From Bacteroidales bacterium (GTDB lineage: Bacteria > Bacteroidota > Bacteroidia > Bacteroidales > GCA-2748055), in the NCBI GenBank assembly GCA_029210585.1, contig JARGFP010000001.1:144050-208049 (forward strand): DNA of 64,000 nucleotides, read 5' to 3'. The notes beneath the pieces were generated by a model. It made no database searches and was not told where the DNA came from. It was given only the letters and a program-made list of their open reading frames with translations. Shown in pieces: positions 1-10,077 of the stretch. The translations under genes and the position numbers were made by a program. Within the stretch, counting starts at the first letter, position 1, and each line of letters starts with the position of its first letter.

Positions 1-1020
1 ACGGATACAGATGCGAACACGGAATTGTTTCCCTATTCATACCGGATCATTCTTTATAATAATGAAGAAGGCAACAGGTTCATGATCAGCGACCCTGACA
101 TTCAGGAGCGCGCATCCTCATTCTACCCCGATCTTACCGGAGGAGACAACCAGATAAGTATCAGGATGGTGAAAAATGTTCCCTGGATCAACTATGACTA
201 TACCATCTACAGGCACAATGAAACTACGGGAGTATTCGATTCCATCGGCTACACCACTGACCCTGTGTATGTGGACCGGGGACTGAAAAACAATGAAGAA
301 TATTGCTACAGGGTAAAAAGTACCGGTTGGCGCAGTATCGAAGGGAGACTCTATGAAAATGTGAATTACAGCCACGTGAACTGTACGCAGCCTGTTGACA
401 CCATGCCGCCCTGTACGCCGATCCTCTCAGGGCAGTCGTTCTGCGATGCGTTCTATAACCTGCTCACATGGAGACTGCCTGCCGACAGCTGCATGGAGGA
501 CATTGTTGGATATAAGCTTTACTACTCCCCCACCGAGGCCGGGACACCCTTACTGATAGAGGATTATGAAAGCGAACCCACGGATACTTCTTATATTGAT
601 CTGAAAACCGAGGAGACCCTTACCGGGTGCTACTATATCAGTGCAGTTGACTCTTTTGCCAATGAATCGGCACTTTCTGCCCGACTATGCCTCGATGAAT
701 GTTCCAATTACGTGCTGCCGAATGTATTCTCCCCCAACAATGACAGGACCAATGACCTGTTTGTGCCGTTGAGAACGGCATACGTTGAAAAAGTGGATTT
801 CCAGGTGTTCAACAGGTGGGGGTTGCTGATCTTTCAAACGGATGATCCGGACCTGAACTGGGATGGCAAGATCATGGGCACCGACAAAGTAGTCTCTCCC
901 GGAGTGTATTATTATATTTGCGAGGTATTTGAGCCACGGCTGGGTGGAATAGAATCTTACACCCTCACGGGTTTTATCTATGTGTTTTCCGGAAATGAAA
1001 ATGATGTATTTATAGAATGA
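1..1020 (+). CDS. Surface protein with T9SS type-B sorting domain (gliding-motility-associated C-terminal domain), 5'-partial
   Basis: Frame 1 is open from base 1; the ORF-track start at 25 is an internal TTG. The C-terminal ~90 aa carry the CHU_C/type-B CTD signature 'NVFSPNNDRTNDLFVP...VFNRWGLLIFQ...WDGK...GVYYY'. Confidence 0.8.
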   Translation, partial: TDTDANTELFPYSYRIILYNNEEGNRFMISDPDIQERASSFYPDLTGGDNQISIRMVKNVPWINYDYTIYRHNETTGVFDSIGYTTDPVYVDRGLKNNEEYCYRVKSTGWRSIEGRLYENVNYSHVNCTQPVDTMPPCTPILSGQSFCDAFYNLLTWRLPADSCMEDIVGYKLYYSPTEAGTPLLIEDYESEPTDTSYIDLKTEETLTGCYYISAVDSFANESALSARLCLDECSNYVLPNVFSPNNDRTNDLFVPLRTAYVEKVDFQVFNRWGLLIFQTDDPDLNWDGKIMGTDKVVSPGVYYYICEVFEPRLGGIESYTLTGFIYVFSGNENDVFIE

Positions 1021-2225
1021 TGAGAAATGTTGCGCTGATCATAACCCTCTTCATGTTCCAGCAGGTCTGCGGCCAGCAGGATCCTGATGCACTGGTCCGG
1101 GCAAAAGCCCTGATGGAGGTGAACAATTTTGATTCAGCCATCCATTATCTCGAAGCAGTTGCTGCAGAGGATCCGGGCAATACAGAGGTGATCTTCAGCA
1201 GGGGAAAATGTTATTTTGCGCTGAAGCGGTACGACGAGGCCAGGGCTGATTTTATATTTGTGAATAAAAAAAGAAATGTGATGGCAAGCCTGATGCTGGC
1301 AAAAACCGAGGCGCGTCTGAATCGCCCGGAACTGGCTGTCAAGTACCTCAGGGAACACCTTGGATCCTATTACAAACTTCCGGAGAAGGACATCCTGCTT
1401 GATAAGGACCTTGCACTGATCGAATCCTCCGATGCCTGGATCTCTCTCTGGAGGGAGCGGGAATGGTATTCTCCATACGACCAGGAATTACAGGAAATCA
1501 TATACCTGAAGGAAAGAGGAGATTACCCGGAAGCGATCAACCGGCTTCGTGACCTGGAGAAGAAGGGATTCAGAAGAACGATCGTGAACCAGCACCTGGC
1601 AGAATTATACCATAGATCGGGGAACAACAGGGCAGCACTTGATGCATTGAACAAGGCAATCGGTGCTGACAGCAGGAATACAGAGGCACTGAAACTGAGG
1701 ATCGACCTCCTGGTGGAAGAAGGGGATTTCGAAGATGCCGCGCGGGATTGCAGCCGGCTCCTGCGCCAGGCTCCGGATGCCTTTGATTATTACCTGGTGG
1801 CAGGCCGCATCCACAGCAACCTTGGCGCATACGATGCAGCGGTCAGCCTGGTCAACAGTTACCTGGAATTGTATCCGCGTTCGCATGCTGCGTTGAATGT
1901 TCTTGGGGAAATCCATTTTACAGCAGGCAAATACCTGGATGCGTTATCTTCCTTCAACAAAGCCCTTGAACTGGACAAGGGAACAGCAGCCTATTATTTC
2001 AACAGGGGCCGCACCTACGCTGCCACCCGAACGCACAGGTATGCTGAAAAAGATTTTTCCATGGCACTTGACCTGGACCCTGTGAATCCTGAAATATGGT
2101 TTGCGAAGGGACTTACCGACCTGGAACTCGGAAATATGAATACCGCCTGTTTTGATTTCAGAAACGCGCTTCGTTATGGAAAATATGAAGCCCGGGAATA
2201 CCTTGACAGGCACTGCGGTAAATAA
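1017..2225 (+). CDS. TPR-repeat protein with signal peptide
   Basis: Signal-like N-terminus (MMRNVALIITLFMFQQVCGQ) followed by repeated 34-aa A/Y/L/G-patterned TPR units. The start overlaps the upstream stop (ATGA). Confidence 0.8.
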   Translation: MMRNVALIITLFMFQQVCGQQDPDALVRAKALMEVNNFDSAIHYLEAVAAEDPGNTEVIFSRGKCYFALKRYDEARADFIFVNKKRNVMASLMLAKTEARLNRPELAVKYLREHLGSYYKLPEKDILLDKDLALIESSDAWISLWREREWYSPYDQELQEIIYLKERGDYPEAINRLRDLEKKGFRRTIVNQHLAELYHRSGNNRAALDALNKAIGADSRNTEALKLRIDLLVEEGDFEDAARDCSRLLRQAPDAFDYYLVAGRIHSNLGAYDAAVSLVNSYLELYPRSHAALNVLGEIHFTAGKYLDALSSFNKALELDKGTAAYYFNRGRTYAATRTHRYAEKDFSMALDLDPVNPEIWFAKGLTDLELGNMNTACFDFRNALRYGKYEAREYLDRHCGK

Positions 2226-2227
2226 AT

Positions 2228-2764
2228 ATGGAAAACAAAAACGAAAAGGACCTGAAAGCCAAAGAAGCTGAAAAAAAACAGATCAGCATGCTCCGGTCCG
2301 GCAATGCTGAGGCAATTATTGAAACCATCAGGGAGATCAGGGAAAATGGCACCATAACCATTCTTCCCGAGATATTCGAAGTCATGCTCGATACCGAAGA
2401 CGACGAGGTCATGGAGGCATGCACGAGCCTCCTGAATGATCTTAAAAATGCAGAAGCGGTCAGTTACCTCGTAGCTGCGCTAAAGAACCAGCGGTTTCGT
2501 CCCATCCGGCCCATGCTGGTATCATCCTGCTGGCAATCCGGGCTGGATTACCATACGGAAGTTCCCCTGTTTGCCCGGTTCCTGCTACGGGAGGATTATG
2601 CAACTGCCATCGAAGCATTTACTGTGATCGAAAACAGCATCGGTGATCTTTCCGACGATGAGATCTTACAGTTGACCAGCACATTGAATACCGGGTTACA
2701 GGAAGCCAGTGACAACAAGAAGAAGTTGATCCGGGAAATGCTCGCTGTAATCCGGGAATTCTGA
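2228..2764 (+). CDS. Hypothetical protein (helical, HEAT-like?)
   Basis: 178-aa ORF starting 2 nt after the TPR gene stop, on the same strand. No family recognised. Confidence 0.55.
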   Translation: MENKNEKDLKAKEAEKKQISMLRSGNAEAIIETIREIRENGTITILPEIFEVMLDTEDDEVMEACTSLLNDLKNAEAVSYLVAALKNQRFRPIRPMLVSSCWQSGLDYHTEVPLFARFLLREDYATAIEAFTVIENSIGDLSDDEILQLTSTLNTGLQEASDNKKKLIREMLAVIREF

Positions 2765-2843
2765 ATCGTCGGCGCAGGTAAAACCTGAAGAAGTGTGTAC
2801 TGTGACATGCCCCATCCTGTTGCGAACGCGGCAGGACAGCTGG

Positions 2844-3821
2844 TCAGTGCATCTTTGAGAAATACTTGATGAACTGTGCACGCTCGTATGCAGCCGGATC
2901 CTTCAGGTTGGCATAGCTCATCTTTCCCCTGAACTCATCGATAGCGTTGTATTGCTTCTTCTCCATCCATTTCTTTATTTCGCCTACGAGTTCATGAACA
3001 TAATCCACACCGTTCCTGTAGAGAACAGAGCAGACCTGCACAGCCTGGGCCCCTGCCAGTAATTGCTTTACTGCACCCATTCCGCTGTGCACACCTGTTG
3101 ATGCAGCAATATCCAGTTTCGGGACTTCGGAAGAAATGATACCCACCCACCGGAGGCTGTTCCTGATATCTGCAGGGGAACTCAACACTTCTGCCGCACC
3201 CATGGTGAAGTTGTCGGTATCAATGTCGGGGGCATAAAAGCGGTTGAACATCACGATTCCGTCAGCCCCCCTGACTGAAAGTTCTTCTGCGATCCATGTA
3301 AGGTTTGTAAAATGCATTCCCAGTTTGACTGTTACGGGGATGCCCACCTTCTTTTTCACTTCTTCAAGAATACGCAGATAGACTTCCTCATAAGCGCGCG
3401 GATCCTTCTTCCTGTCATTGGCCATATAGTAAATGTTCAGCTCGATACCATCGGCACCGGCCTCCTCCATTTGCACGGTAAAATCGACCCACTCACTGTT
3501 GCTGTAACAGTTCACACTGGCAATCACCGGGATATCCACAGCGGCTTTCGCTTTCCTGATCAGTTCCAGGTAATTTCCAACGGAATTCTCCCGGGCGTAG
3601 GTCTTCAGATAATCCGAAGCCTCCGGGTAGTCACCACCTGTTTCCATGGCACCGATCTCGAATTGTATCTGTTCTTCGAACAATGACTTCAACACAACGG
3701 CACCTGCACCCGCAGCGGCAATTTTCCTGATCCTCGGAACGGTATTCGTAAGACCGCTGCTAGAAACGATGATCGGGCTTTTTAATTCTAAACCTGCGTA
3801 TTTAACTGATAGATCGATCAT
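2844..3821 (-). CDS. Dihydroorotate dehydrogenase-like (class 1 DHOD/DPD-type TIM barrel) protein
   Basis: N-terminus 'LSVKYAGLELKSPIIVSSSGLT', 'GADGIELNIY' and C-terminal 'STGVHSGMGAVKQLLAGAQAVQVCS' match the DHOD-like flavoprotein fold. Confidence 0.8.
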   Translation of the reverse strand: MIDLSVKYAGLELKSPIIVSSSGLTNTVPRIRKIAAAGAGAVVLKSLFEEQIQFEIGAMETGGDYPEASDYLKTYARENSVGNYLELIRKAKAAVDIPVIASVNCYSNSEWVDFTVQMEEAGADGIELNIYYMANDRKKDPRAYEEVYLRILEEVKKKVGIPVTVKLGMHFTNLTWIAEELSVRGADGIVMFNRFYAPDIDTDNFTMGAAEVLSSPADIRNSLRWVGIISSEVPKLDIAASTGVHSGMGAVKQLLAGAQAVQVCSVLYRNGVDYVHELVGEIKKWMEKKQYNAIDEFRGKMSYANLKDPAAYERAQFIKYFSKMH

Positions 3822-3833
3822 TTCAAAACTTTT

Positions 3834-4511
3834 TTATGTAGTTTCCCGCGGGCCAAATACCAGGCTGCCCACGCGGATCATGTTGCTTCCTTCTTCAATC
3901 GCCAGTTGATAATCGTCCGACATTCCCATCGACAAAACAGAAAATCCGGGTTGCGAACGGAAATGTACCGATTTTAGCTTCTCAAATATACGTTTTAGAT
4001 TCCGAAACTCCTCCCTTACCACTTCAGAATTGTCTGTAAAAGTAGCCATTCCCATGAGTCCGCGCACCTTTACGAATTCCATTTTCCGGAACTCTTCGGA
4101 AGCCAGGATCGTTTCAAGTTCCTCCTCGCTGAGGCCGAATTTTGCGGTTTCTTTAGCGATATGCATCTGCAGCAGGCAGTTGATCTGCCGTTCATTTTTC
4201 CTGCCTTCCTTGTCAAGCACCCTGAGCAGTTTCAGGCTGTCAACTCCGTGCACCAGGTGAACGAACGGGGCAATGTATTTCACCTTGTTTGACTGCAGGT
4301 GTCCGATCATATGCCAGCGTATCTCCCCCGGCAGTTCCTGCTGTTTTTCCACCAGCTCCTGCACCTTGTTTTCCCCGAAATCGAGGTGCCCGGCTTCAAA
4401 CAACTCACGTACCATATGTGCCGGCTTGGTCTTGGAGACGGCTACCAGTTCCACATGTTCAGGGATACGTTCCTTAAGTTGTTCCAGATTCGCTTTTATA
4501 TTCATCATCAA
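3834..4511 (-). CDS. yggS: YggS-family pyridoxal-phosphate homeostasis protein
   Basis: 'LVAVSKTKP', 'FGENKVQE' and 'WHMIGHLQSNKVKY' motifs; 225 aa. There is a 4-nt overlap with the upstream gene. Confidence 0.9.
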   Translation of the reverse strand: MMMNIKANLEQLKERIPEHVELVAVSKTKPAHMVRELFEAGHLDFGENKVQELVEKQQELPGEIRWHMIGHLQSNKVKYIAPFVHLVHGVDSLKLLRVLDKEGRKNERQINCLLQMHIAKETAKFGLSEEELETILASEEFRKMEFVKVRGLMGMATFTDNSEVVREEFRNLKRIFEKLKSVHFRSQPGFSVLSMGMSDDYQLAIEEGSNMIRVGSLVFGPRETT

Positions 4512-5755
4512 TCCAGCGAGTGGATCACCAGCCCGCTTCTCAATTTTGGTTCAAACCAGGTGGTTTTGGGAGGCATGATCAGGTCGTTGTCGGCAATATC
4601 CATCAGTTGTTTCATGGATACCGGGTAAAGTGCGAAAGCAACCTCCATGTTTCCCTGGTCCACCAGTTTTTTCAATTCTTCAAGTCCCCTGATTCCCCCG
4701 ACAAAATCGATCCGGTTCGATTTCCGGAGGTCGGTGATGTTCAGCACGGGGCCCAGCACCTGTTCGGAAAGGATCGTTACATCAAGGCAGCCAATGGGAT
4801 CGTCGTCGTTATACGTAGAAGGTTTGGCCTTCAGCGAAAACCAGTTTCCTTCGAGGTACATGCTGAACACATGTGGTGCATCGGGTTTGAAAATTTCCTT
4901 CCCGATCTGCTTCACCTCAAACCCTTTGTCGAGCTCTCCCAGGAACTGTTTCGTTGTCAGCTCATTCAGATCGGTTACCACGCGGTTGTAATCAATGATT
5001 GTAAGCTGCGAGGCAGGAAAATTCACTGAAAGGAAATAGTTATATTCCTCGTCCCCGGTATGATCCGGATTGTTCTTCCGGCGTTCGTTACCTACCAGTG
5101 CCGCGGCGGCTGTGCGATGGTGCCCGTCGGCCACATAGGTATTCGGGATATCCTTGTCAAAAAAGTCTGTGACCACATCAATATCTTCCTGTTGCTCCAT
5201 GATCCAGAAATGGTGCCCTACTCCATCGCCGGTTTCAAAATCATACACCGGTTTTTCCCTGATCACCCGTTGCACAATGGCATCGATGCCTGCATGGTCG
5301 GGGTATGCAAAAAATACCGGTTCGGCATTGAAATTGGTAACGCGGATATGGTTCATCCTGTCCTCTTCCTTGTCCGGACGGGTCAGTTCATGCTTTTTGA
5401 TCACCTCGTGCATGTAATCATCGACCGATGAACAACCTACGATGCCATACTGGGTTTTGCCAGACATGGTCTGTGCATACACATACAACAGGTCCCTGTG
5501 GTCCTGCACAAAAAACCCATCCTGTATAAGCTTGTTGATATTCTCCCTTGCCTTGTCATATACTTCGTCGGAATGCAGGTCGATCCCTTCCGGGAGGTCA
5601 ACTTCCGGTTTAACCACATGAAGGAAAGAATGCGGATTCCCTTCCACCTCTGCGCGTGCCTCTTTTGAATTCAGCACATCGTAAGGCCTTGATGCTACCT
5701 CTTTCACATGCTCCACCGGAGGCCGAAACCCCTTGAAAGGTTTTAGTACTGCCAT
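4508..5755 (-). CDS. DUF1015 family protein
   Basis: Typical N-terminus 'MAVLKPFKGFRP...RPYDVLNSKEAR' and ~415 aa length. It sits upstream of serA/serC, as is common. Confidence 0.85.
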   Translation of the reverse strand: MAVLKPFKGFRPPVEHVKEVASRPYDVLNSKEARAEVEGNPHSFLHVVKPEVDLPEGIDLHSDEVYDKARENINKLIQDGFFVQDHRDLLYVYAQTMSGKTQYGIVGCSSVDDYMHEVIKKHELTRPDKEEDRMNHIRVTNFNAEPVFFAYPDHAGIDAIVQRVIREKPVYDFETGDGVGHHFWIMEQQEDIDVVTDFFDKDIPNTYVADGHHRTAAAALVGNERRKNNPDHTGDEEYNYFLSVNFPASQLTIIDYNRVVTDLNELTTKQFLGELDKGFEVKQIGKEIFKPDAPHVFSMYLEGNWFSLKAKPSTYNDDDPIGCLDVTILSEQVLGPVLNITDLRKSNRIDFVGGIRGLEELKKLVDQGNMEVAFALYPVSMKQLMDIADNDLIMPPKTTWFEPKLRSGLVIHSLD

Positions 5756-5781
5756 AATCGGAAAAAATTAAGTTGAAACAA

Positions 5782-6702
5782 TCAGTTTACCTTGAAGGTG
5801 TTTTCGCCGTTCTCTATGAATGCCACGATCTGCTTCGCTGCAGCGACCCCCGCATTGAGATTCGCCTCCGCGGTTTGTGCACCCATCTTTTTAGGTGTAA
5901 AGAAATACCTTCCTGCATATTTCCCTTCGATCTCCTCCCTGCAATCCGGGGCGATGTCGGACAGGTAGCGAAAATCTTCCCGCTCGGCCATTACCTTCAG
6001 CAGCCCTGCCTCATCAATCACCTCTTTCCTGGCGGTATTTACCAGTGTTGCTCCTTCGGGCATCAGCGACAGCAGCGCTTCGTTGACGGAACCGCGGGTT
6101 TCCTGGTTGGCAGGAATATGCAATGAAATATACTGACATATGGAATACAACTCCTCAATGGTCTGGAGGCATGTAACGCCATCGTTTTCTATGACCACCC
6201 TGTCAACAAAAGGATCATACGCAAAGACCTTCATTCCCATTCCTTTGGCGATCAGGGCAACGATCCTCCCGACATACCCATAGGCATGGATACCGATTTT
6301 TTTTCCACGCAGTTCCGCACCGGCAGTGCCGTTAAAGCCATTCCTGTTGAGATAAATCAGCATTCCGAACACGAGTTCGGCAACAGCATTGGAATTTTGT
6401 CCGGGGGTATTCATTACGGTCACGCCTTTTTCTGTTGCTGCGGCAAGGTCCACATTGTCATACCCTGCTCCTGCGCGCACAACGATCTTCAGTGAAGGTG
6501 CTGCATTAATGATATCGCTGTCGACAATGTCACTGCGTACGATCATTCCGTGGACACCCGGCATCGCTGCGATCAGTTCATCCTTCGAAGTATACTTCTC
6601 GAGGATGTCCAGTTCAAATCCTGCTTCTTTAAATACCTGTGAAACTTCTGCTACAGCCTGTTTTGAAAAAGGCTTTTCCGTTGCAATCAATACTTTTGTC
6701 AT
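5782..6702 (-). CDS. serA: D-3-phosphoglycerate dehydrogenase (short form) / D-2-hydroxyacid dehydrogenase
   Basis: NAD-binding 'GIHAYGYVGRIVA' and a 2-hydroxyacid dehydrogenase layout, adjacent to serC. I prefer the ATG at 6702 (MTKVLIATEKPF) over the ORF-track start at 6729, which overlaps serC by 17 nt. Confidence 0.8.
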   Translation of the reverse strand: MTKVLIATEKPFSKQAVAEVSQVFKEAGFELDILEKYTSKDELIAAMPGVHGMIVRSDIVDSDIINAAPSLKIVVRAGAGYDNVDLAAATEKGVTVMNTPGQNSNAVAELVFGMLIYLNRNGFNGTAGAELRGKKIGIHAYGYVGRIVALIAKGMGMKVFAYDPFVDRVVIENDGVTCLQTIEELYSICQYISLHIPANQETRGSVNEALLSLMPEGATLVNTARKEVIDEAGLLKVMAEREDFRYLSDIAPDCREEIEGKYAGRYFFTPKKMGAQTAEANLNAGVAAAKQIVAFIENGENTFKVN

Positions 6703-6712
6703 ATCGTTGGGA

Positions 6713-7792
6713 TTAATGTTTCTGTTCAAATTCTTTCATCGTCTTAACAAGTGCATCCACGCTGGTAAGGGGCATCGCATTGTAGATGGAAGCCCTGAAA
6801 CCACCCACAGAGCGATGGCCTTTGATACCTACCATACCCTTTTCAGTGGCAAAAGCAAGGAAGTCTGCTTCCAGTTCCTGGTAGTCTGCATCCATCACGA
6901 AGGTAACATTCATGATGGAACGGTCGGCTTCATCCTCCACATTGCACCTGAAAAGCTTGTTGCGGTCGATTTCATTATATAACAATGCAGCTTTTGCCAG
7001 GTTCGATTGATGCATGGCCTCAACACCACCCTGCTGCTTGTACCATTCCAGTGTTTTCAGTGCTGCGAAGACCGGGACCACCGGGGGAGTGTTGAACATC
7101 GATTCCTTTTCAATGTGTACCTTGTAATCCAGCATTGTCGGGATGGCACGGTCCACCTTCCCAAGGATGTTGTTCTTTACAATCACAAATGTGACTCCTG
7201 AAGGTGCCAGGTTTTTCTGGGCACCGCCATAGATCAGTGCATATTTGGAAACATCCAGCGGCCTGCTGAAAATGTCAGATGACATGTCGGCAACGAGTGG
7301 CACCGAAACATCCAGGTCTTCCCTGATCTCGGTTCCATAGATCGTATTGTTGGTCGTGATGTGGAAATAATCGGCATCTGGGGGAAGCTCGTAACCTTTG
7401 GGGATATAGGAATAGGTCGACTCTTTTGAAGAAGCCACCACGTCTACTTCTCCAAACAATTTTGCCTCCTTGATGGCCTTGGAAGCCCAGGATCCGGTAT
7501 CGAGGTATGCTGCCTTTTTCGACATCAGGTTATACGGAACCATACAGAACTGCATGCTGGCACCTCCCTGCAGGAACAACACCGAGTAACCATCAGGTAT
7601 CTCCAGCAATTCCTTGAACAACAGCTGTGCCTGGTCCATCACAGCCACGAATTCCTTGCTCCTGTGGGATATCTCCATGATCGACAAACCCATCCCGGCA
7701 AAATCCAGGATTGCGTCGGCCGTATTCCTGATCGTGTATTCCGATAGAATGGAGGGTCCTGCATAAAAATTGTGCTTCTTCATCTGATTCAA
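6713..7792 (-). CDS. serC: 3-phosphoserine aminotransferase
   Basis: '[14 protein letters not shown]...', '[10 protein letters not shown]' and '[17 protein letters not shown]' signatures. The start could instead be the MKKHNF methionine 9 nt downstream. Confidence 0.95.
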   Translation of the reverse strand: MNQMKKHNFYAGPSILSEYTIRNTADAILDFAGMGLSIMEISHRSKEFVAVMDQAQLLFKELLEIPDGYSVLFLQGGASMQFCMVPYNLMSKKAAYLDTGSWASKAIKEAKLFGEVDVVASSKESTYSYIPKGYELPPDADYFHITTNNTIYGTEIREDLDVSVPLVADMSSDIFSRPLDVSKYALIYGGAQKNLAPSGVTFVIVKNNILGKVDRAIPTMLDYKVHIEKESMFNTPPVVPVFAALKTLEWYKQQGGVEAMHQSNLAKAALLYNEIDRNKLFRCNVEDEADRSIMNVTFVMDADYQELEADFLAFATEKGMVGIKGHRSVGGFRASIYNAMPLTSVDALVKTMKEFEQKH

Positions 7793-7979
7793 TTTAAGGT
7801 ATTATCGTTATTTTAATAACAGTAAAGATAGTTATTCACAAAATTATCACAAAAACAATTGGTTTTAGTTATAAACTTAAAGTTAACAATTGTTTCTGCA
7901 TTCAATTAGTTAAATATTTATGTTATCTGTTGTGCCTGCATATTAGCCATTGACGTATACTGTCCATTGCATTTTACTG

Positions 7980-8696
7980 TCAGCCGTTAATCAGCGTGAT
8001 ACTTTTTTTTCTAAAAACAGGTATCATTGTTGTTTTGTCGATCTCATGACAATAGGCGATGACATCGTCGAGCCCGTTCTTCTTAAGGCGGTGCCGCTGT
8101 GCAACCTTTTCAATGTACCCCATCATGTCCTTTTTCGCTAAATTGTAGAGGTCGATGGCTCCGTGTGTCGAATCACAAATGGTTGTGAACCGGTCGTCTG
8201 CAAGGACCAGTCCGGCCAGTGCACCTGCAAAGAGGGTATCTTCCAGGTTGAACTTGTTCTTCCAGCCTGCGCAGAGGATCAGCAGGTCGCGGTTGCATGA
8301 CCTGATATAATCTGCCAGTGCCCCGAGGTTCAGGTATGCCCCGATCAGCACTTCGTGACCACTGGAAGCCAGGTGGATCGCGCGTGTACCATTCGTGGTG
8401 GAATAGACAATCTCTTTCCCATGTACACGGTCGGCACTGAAATTATAGGGTGAATTCCCGAAATCGGCAAAATCCCTGACAATGCCATCCCGTTCAGCAG
8501 CCACCATATAACCCTGGTTCTTATAGGCCTTCGCTTCTTCGAGGGTTCCCACCGGGATCAGTCTTTCCACGCCGTTCATAAAAGCGGTGACGATGGCTGA
8601 GCTTGCACGCAGGATATCTGTAACCACCACGATTGCCTCCTTATTCTCATAATCTGCATACAAGGCAGGACTAAAGCACACTTCAATATGGTTCAT
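7980..8696 (-). CDS. comB: 2-phosphosulfolactate phosphatase family protein
   Basis: 238 aa with 'VVVTDILRASSAIVTA' and 'AAERDG' motifs typical of the ComB family. Confidence 0.75.
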   Translation of the reverse strand: MNHIEVCFSPALYADYENKEAIVVVTDILRASSAIVTAFMNGVERLIPVGTLEEAKAYKNQGYMVAAERDGIVRDFADFGNSPYNFSADRVHGKEIVYSTTNGTRAIHLASSGHEVLIGAYLNLGALADYIRSCNRDLLILCAGWKNKFNLEDTLFAGALAGLVLADDRFTTICDSTHGAIDLYNLAKKDMMGYIEKVAQRHRLKKNGLDDVIAYCHEIDKTTMIPVFRKKSITLING

Positions 8697-8707
8697 TGCT
8701 CAATACC

Positions 8708-9799
8708 TTACGCGGGTTGATAAAAAGGGGGCTTGACAACAATTGCCGGAATCTGCTTGTTCCTGATCGCTACATATATGACAGTATCGACCTTATTGTA
8801 AGGCAGTTCCACGTATCCCATGCCGATCGTTTTTCCGGTCAGCGGCGACATGGTTCCGGAAGTGACACGACCGATGACGTTCCCTTCTTCATTCACGATC
8901 GGGTAATCCTTGCGTGCGATGCCCCGCTCCTGCAGTTCAAACCCAGCCAGTCGCTGTTTCAGTCCCTGCTCCTTCTGTTGCTCAAGGAAAGTCCTGTCGA
9001 TAAAGTCATTGCCCTCCGTGAATTTGGTGATCCATCCAAGTCCTGCTTCGAGGGGTGATGTGGTATCATCAATATCGTTGCCATACAGGCAAAATCCCAT
9101 TTCAAGCCGGAGTGTATCCCTGGCAGCCAGTCCGGCGGGTTGCAGATCGAATTCCCTGCCTGCTTCCATGAGGACGTCCATGATCTCCGGACCCTCTGCG
9201 TTGTTGAAATAGATCTCGAAACCACCCGATCCGGTATAGCCGGTATTGCTGATCAGTATATTTTTTTTACCGGCCAATTCGTCGAAAATGAAACTGTAAT
9301 ACGGAACGGCGCCGAGATCTGCCGGGGTGAGTTTCTGAAGTATTTTTGCCGCATCGGGACCCTGGATCGCGAGCTGACTGGTACTGTCTGAAGCATTTTC
9401 AAGGTCCGCACCATGATGGTTGTGCGCCACCACCCAGTTCCAGTCTTTTTCAATGTTGGAGGCATTGACCACCAACAGGTACTTATCGGCGTGCACCCTG
9501 TAAACGAGCAGATCATCGACGATACCGCCCTTCCCGTTGGGAAAACATGAATACTGTACCCTTCCATCGGTAAGTTTGTGCACATCATTGGTGGTAAGCC
9601 GCTGCACAAGTTCGGTGGCATGTTCACCGGACACCCATATCTCACCCATATGAGAAACATCGAAAATCCCGGCTTTTTCCCTGACATGTACATGTTCCTT
9701 TTTCACTCCCGCGAATTCCACCGGCATCTCGAATCCGGCAAATGGTACAAGCCGACCTCCCATTTTTCTGTGGATGTCGTTGAAAACTGTTTTTCTCAC
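8708..9799 (-). CDS. gcvT: Glycine cleavage system aminomethyltransferase T
   Basis: 'VPFAGFEMPVEF.G...EH..VREKAGIFDVSHMGE' and 'RDTLRLEMGFCLYGNDI'. The start is GTG at 9799. Confidence 0.95.
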   Translation of the reverse strand: MRKTVFNDIHRKMGGRLVPFAGFEMPVEFAGVKKEHVHVREKAGIFDVSHMGEIWVSGEHATELVQRLTTNDVHKLTDGRVQYSCFPNGKGGIVDDLLVYRVHADKYLLVVNASNIEKDWNWVVAHNHHGADLENASDSTSQLAIQGPDAAKILQKLTPADLGAVPYYSFIFDELAGKKNILISNTGYTGSGGFEIYFNNAEGPEIMDVLMEAGREFDLQPAGLAARDTLRLEMGFCLYGNDIDDTTSPLEAGLGWITKFTEGNDFIDRTFLEQQKEQGLKQRLAGFELQERGIARKDYPIVNEEGNVIGRVTSGTMSPLTGKTIGMGYVELPYNKVDTVIYVAIRNKQIPAIVVKPPFYQPA

Positions 9800-10077
9800 T
9801 GGTAAAATTTATTTTAAACGGCTGTTATTTAACGTATTGCAAAGCATTCGCGGCATATTGAAGCACCCAGGTCCTGTTCAGACCAGGGTCCATTGTCGTG
9901 ATACAATCTTCAGCAAAAGTAGTATTTTCTCTAAGGATTCCACTTGTTTAATAGCAGGGACCGGGGGAAAAAACACCCCTGCAAGCCGGGAAAAAGGACC
10001 TGCGTAGAAGTGAAATGAAAGCCGTTTCTCCAGTGCAGCCGTTATTACTACTGTACCTGCAATTTCTTCTGCACCCC

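Noticed and set aside
9800-10077. Looked for a glycine riboswitch in the 278-nt leader of gcvT
   Set aside because: The minus-strand leader lacks the paired GGAGA...CACCGAAGGGGCAA aptamer cores. The AAAAGGAC-like string occurs only on the wrong strand. The GC-rich hairpin region is more simply the terminator of the upstream OmpA-family gene.
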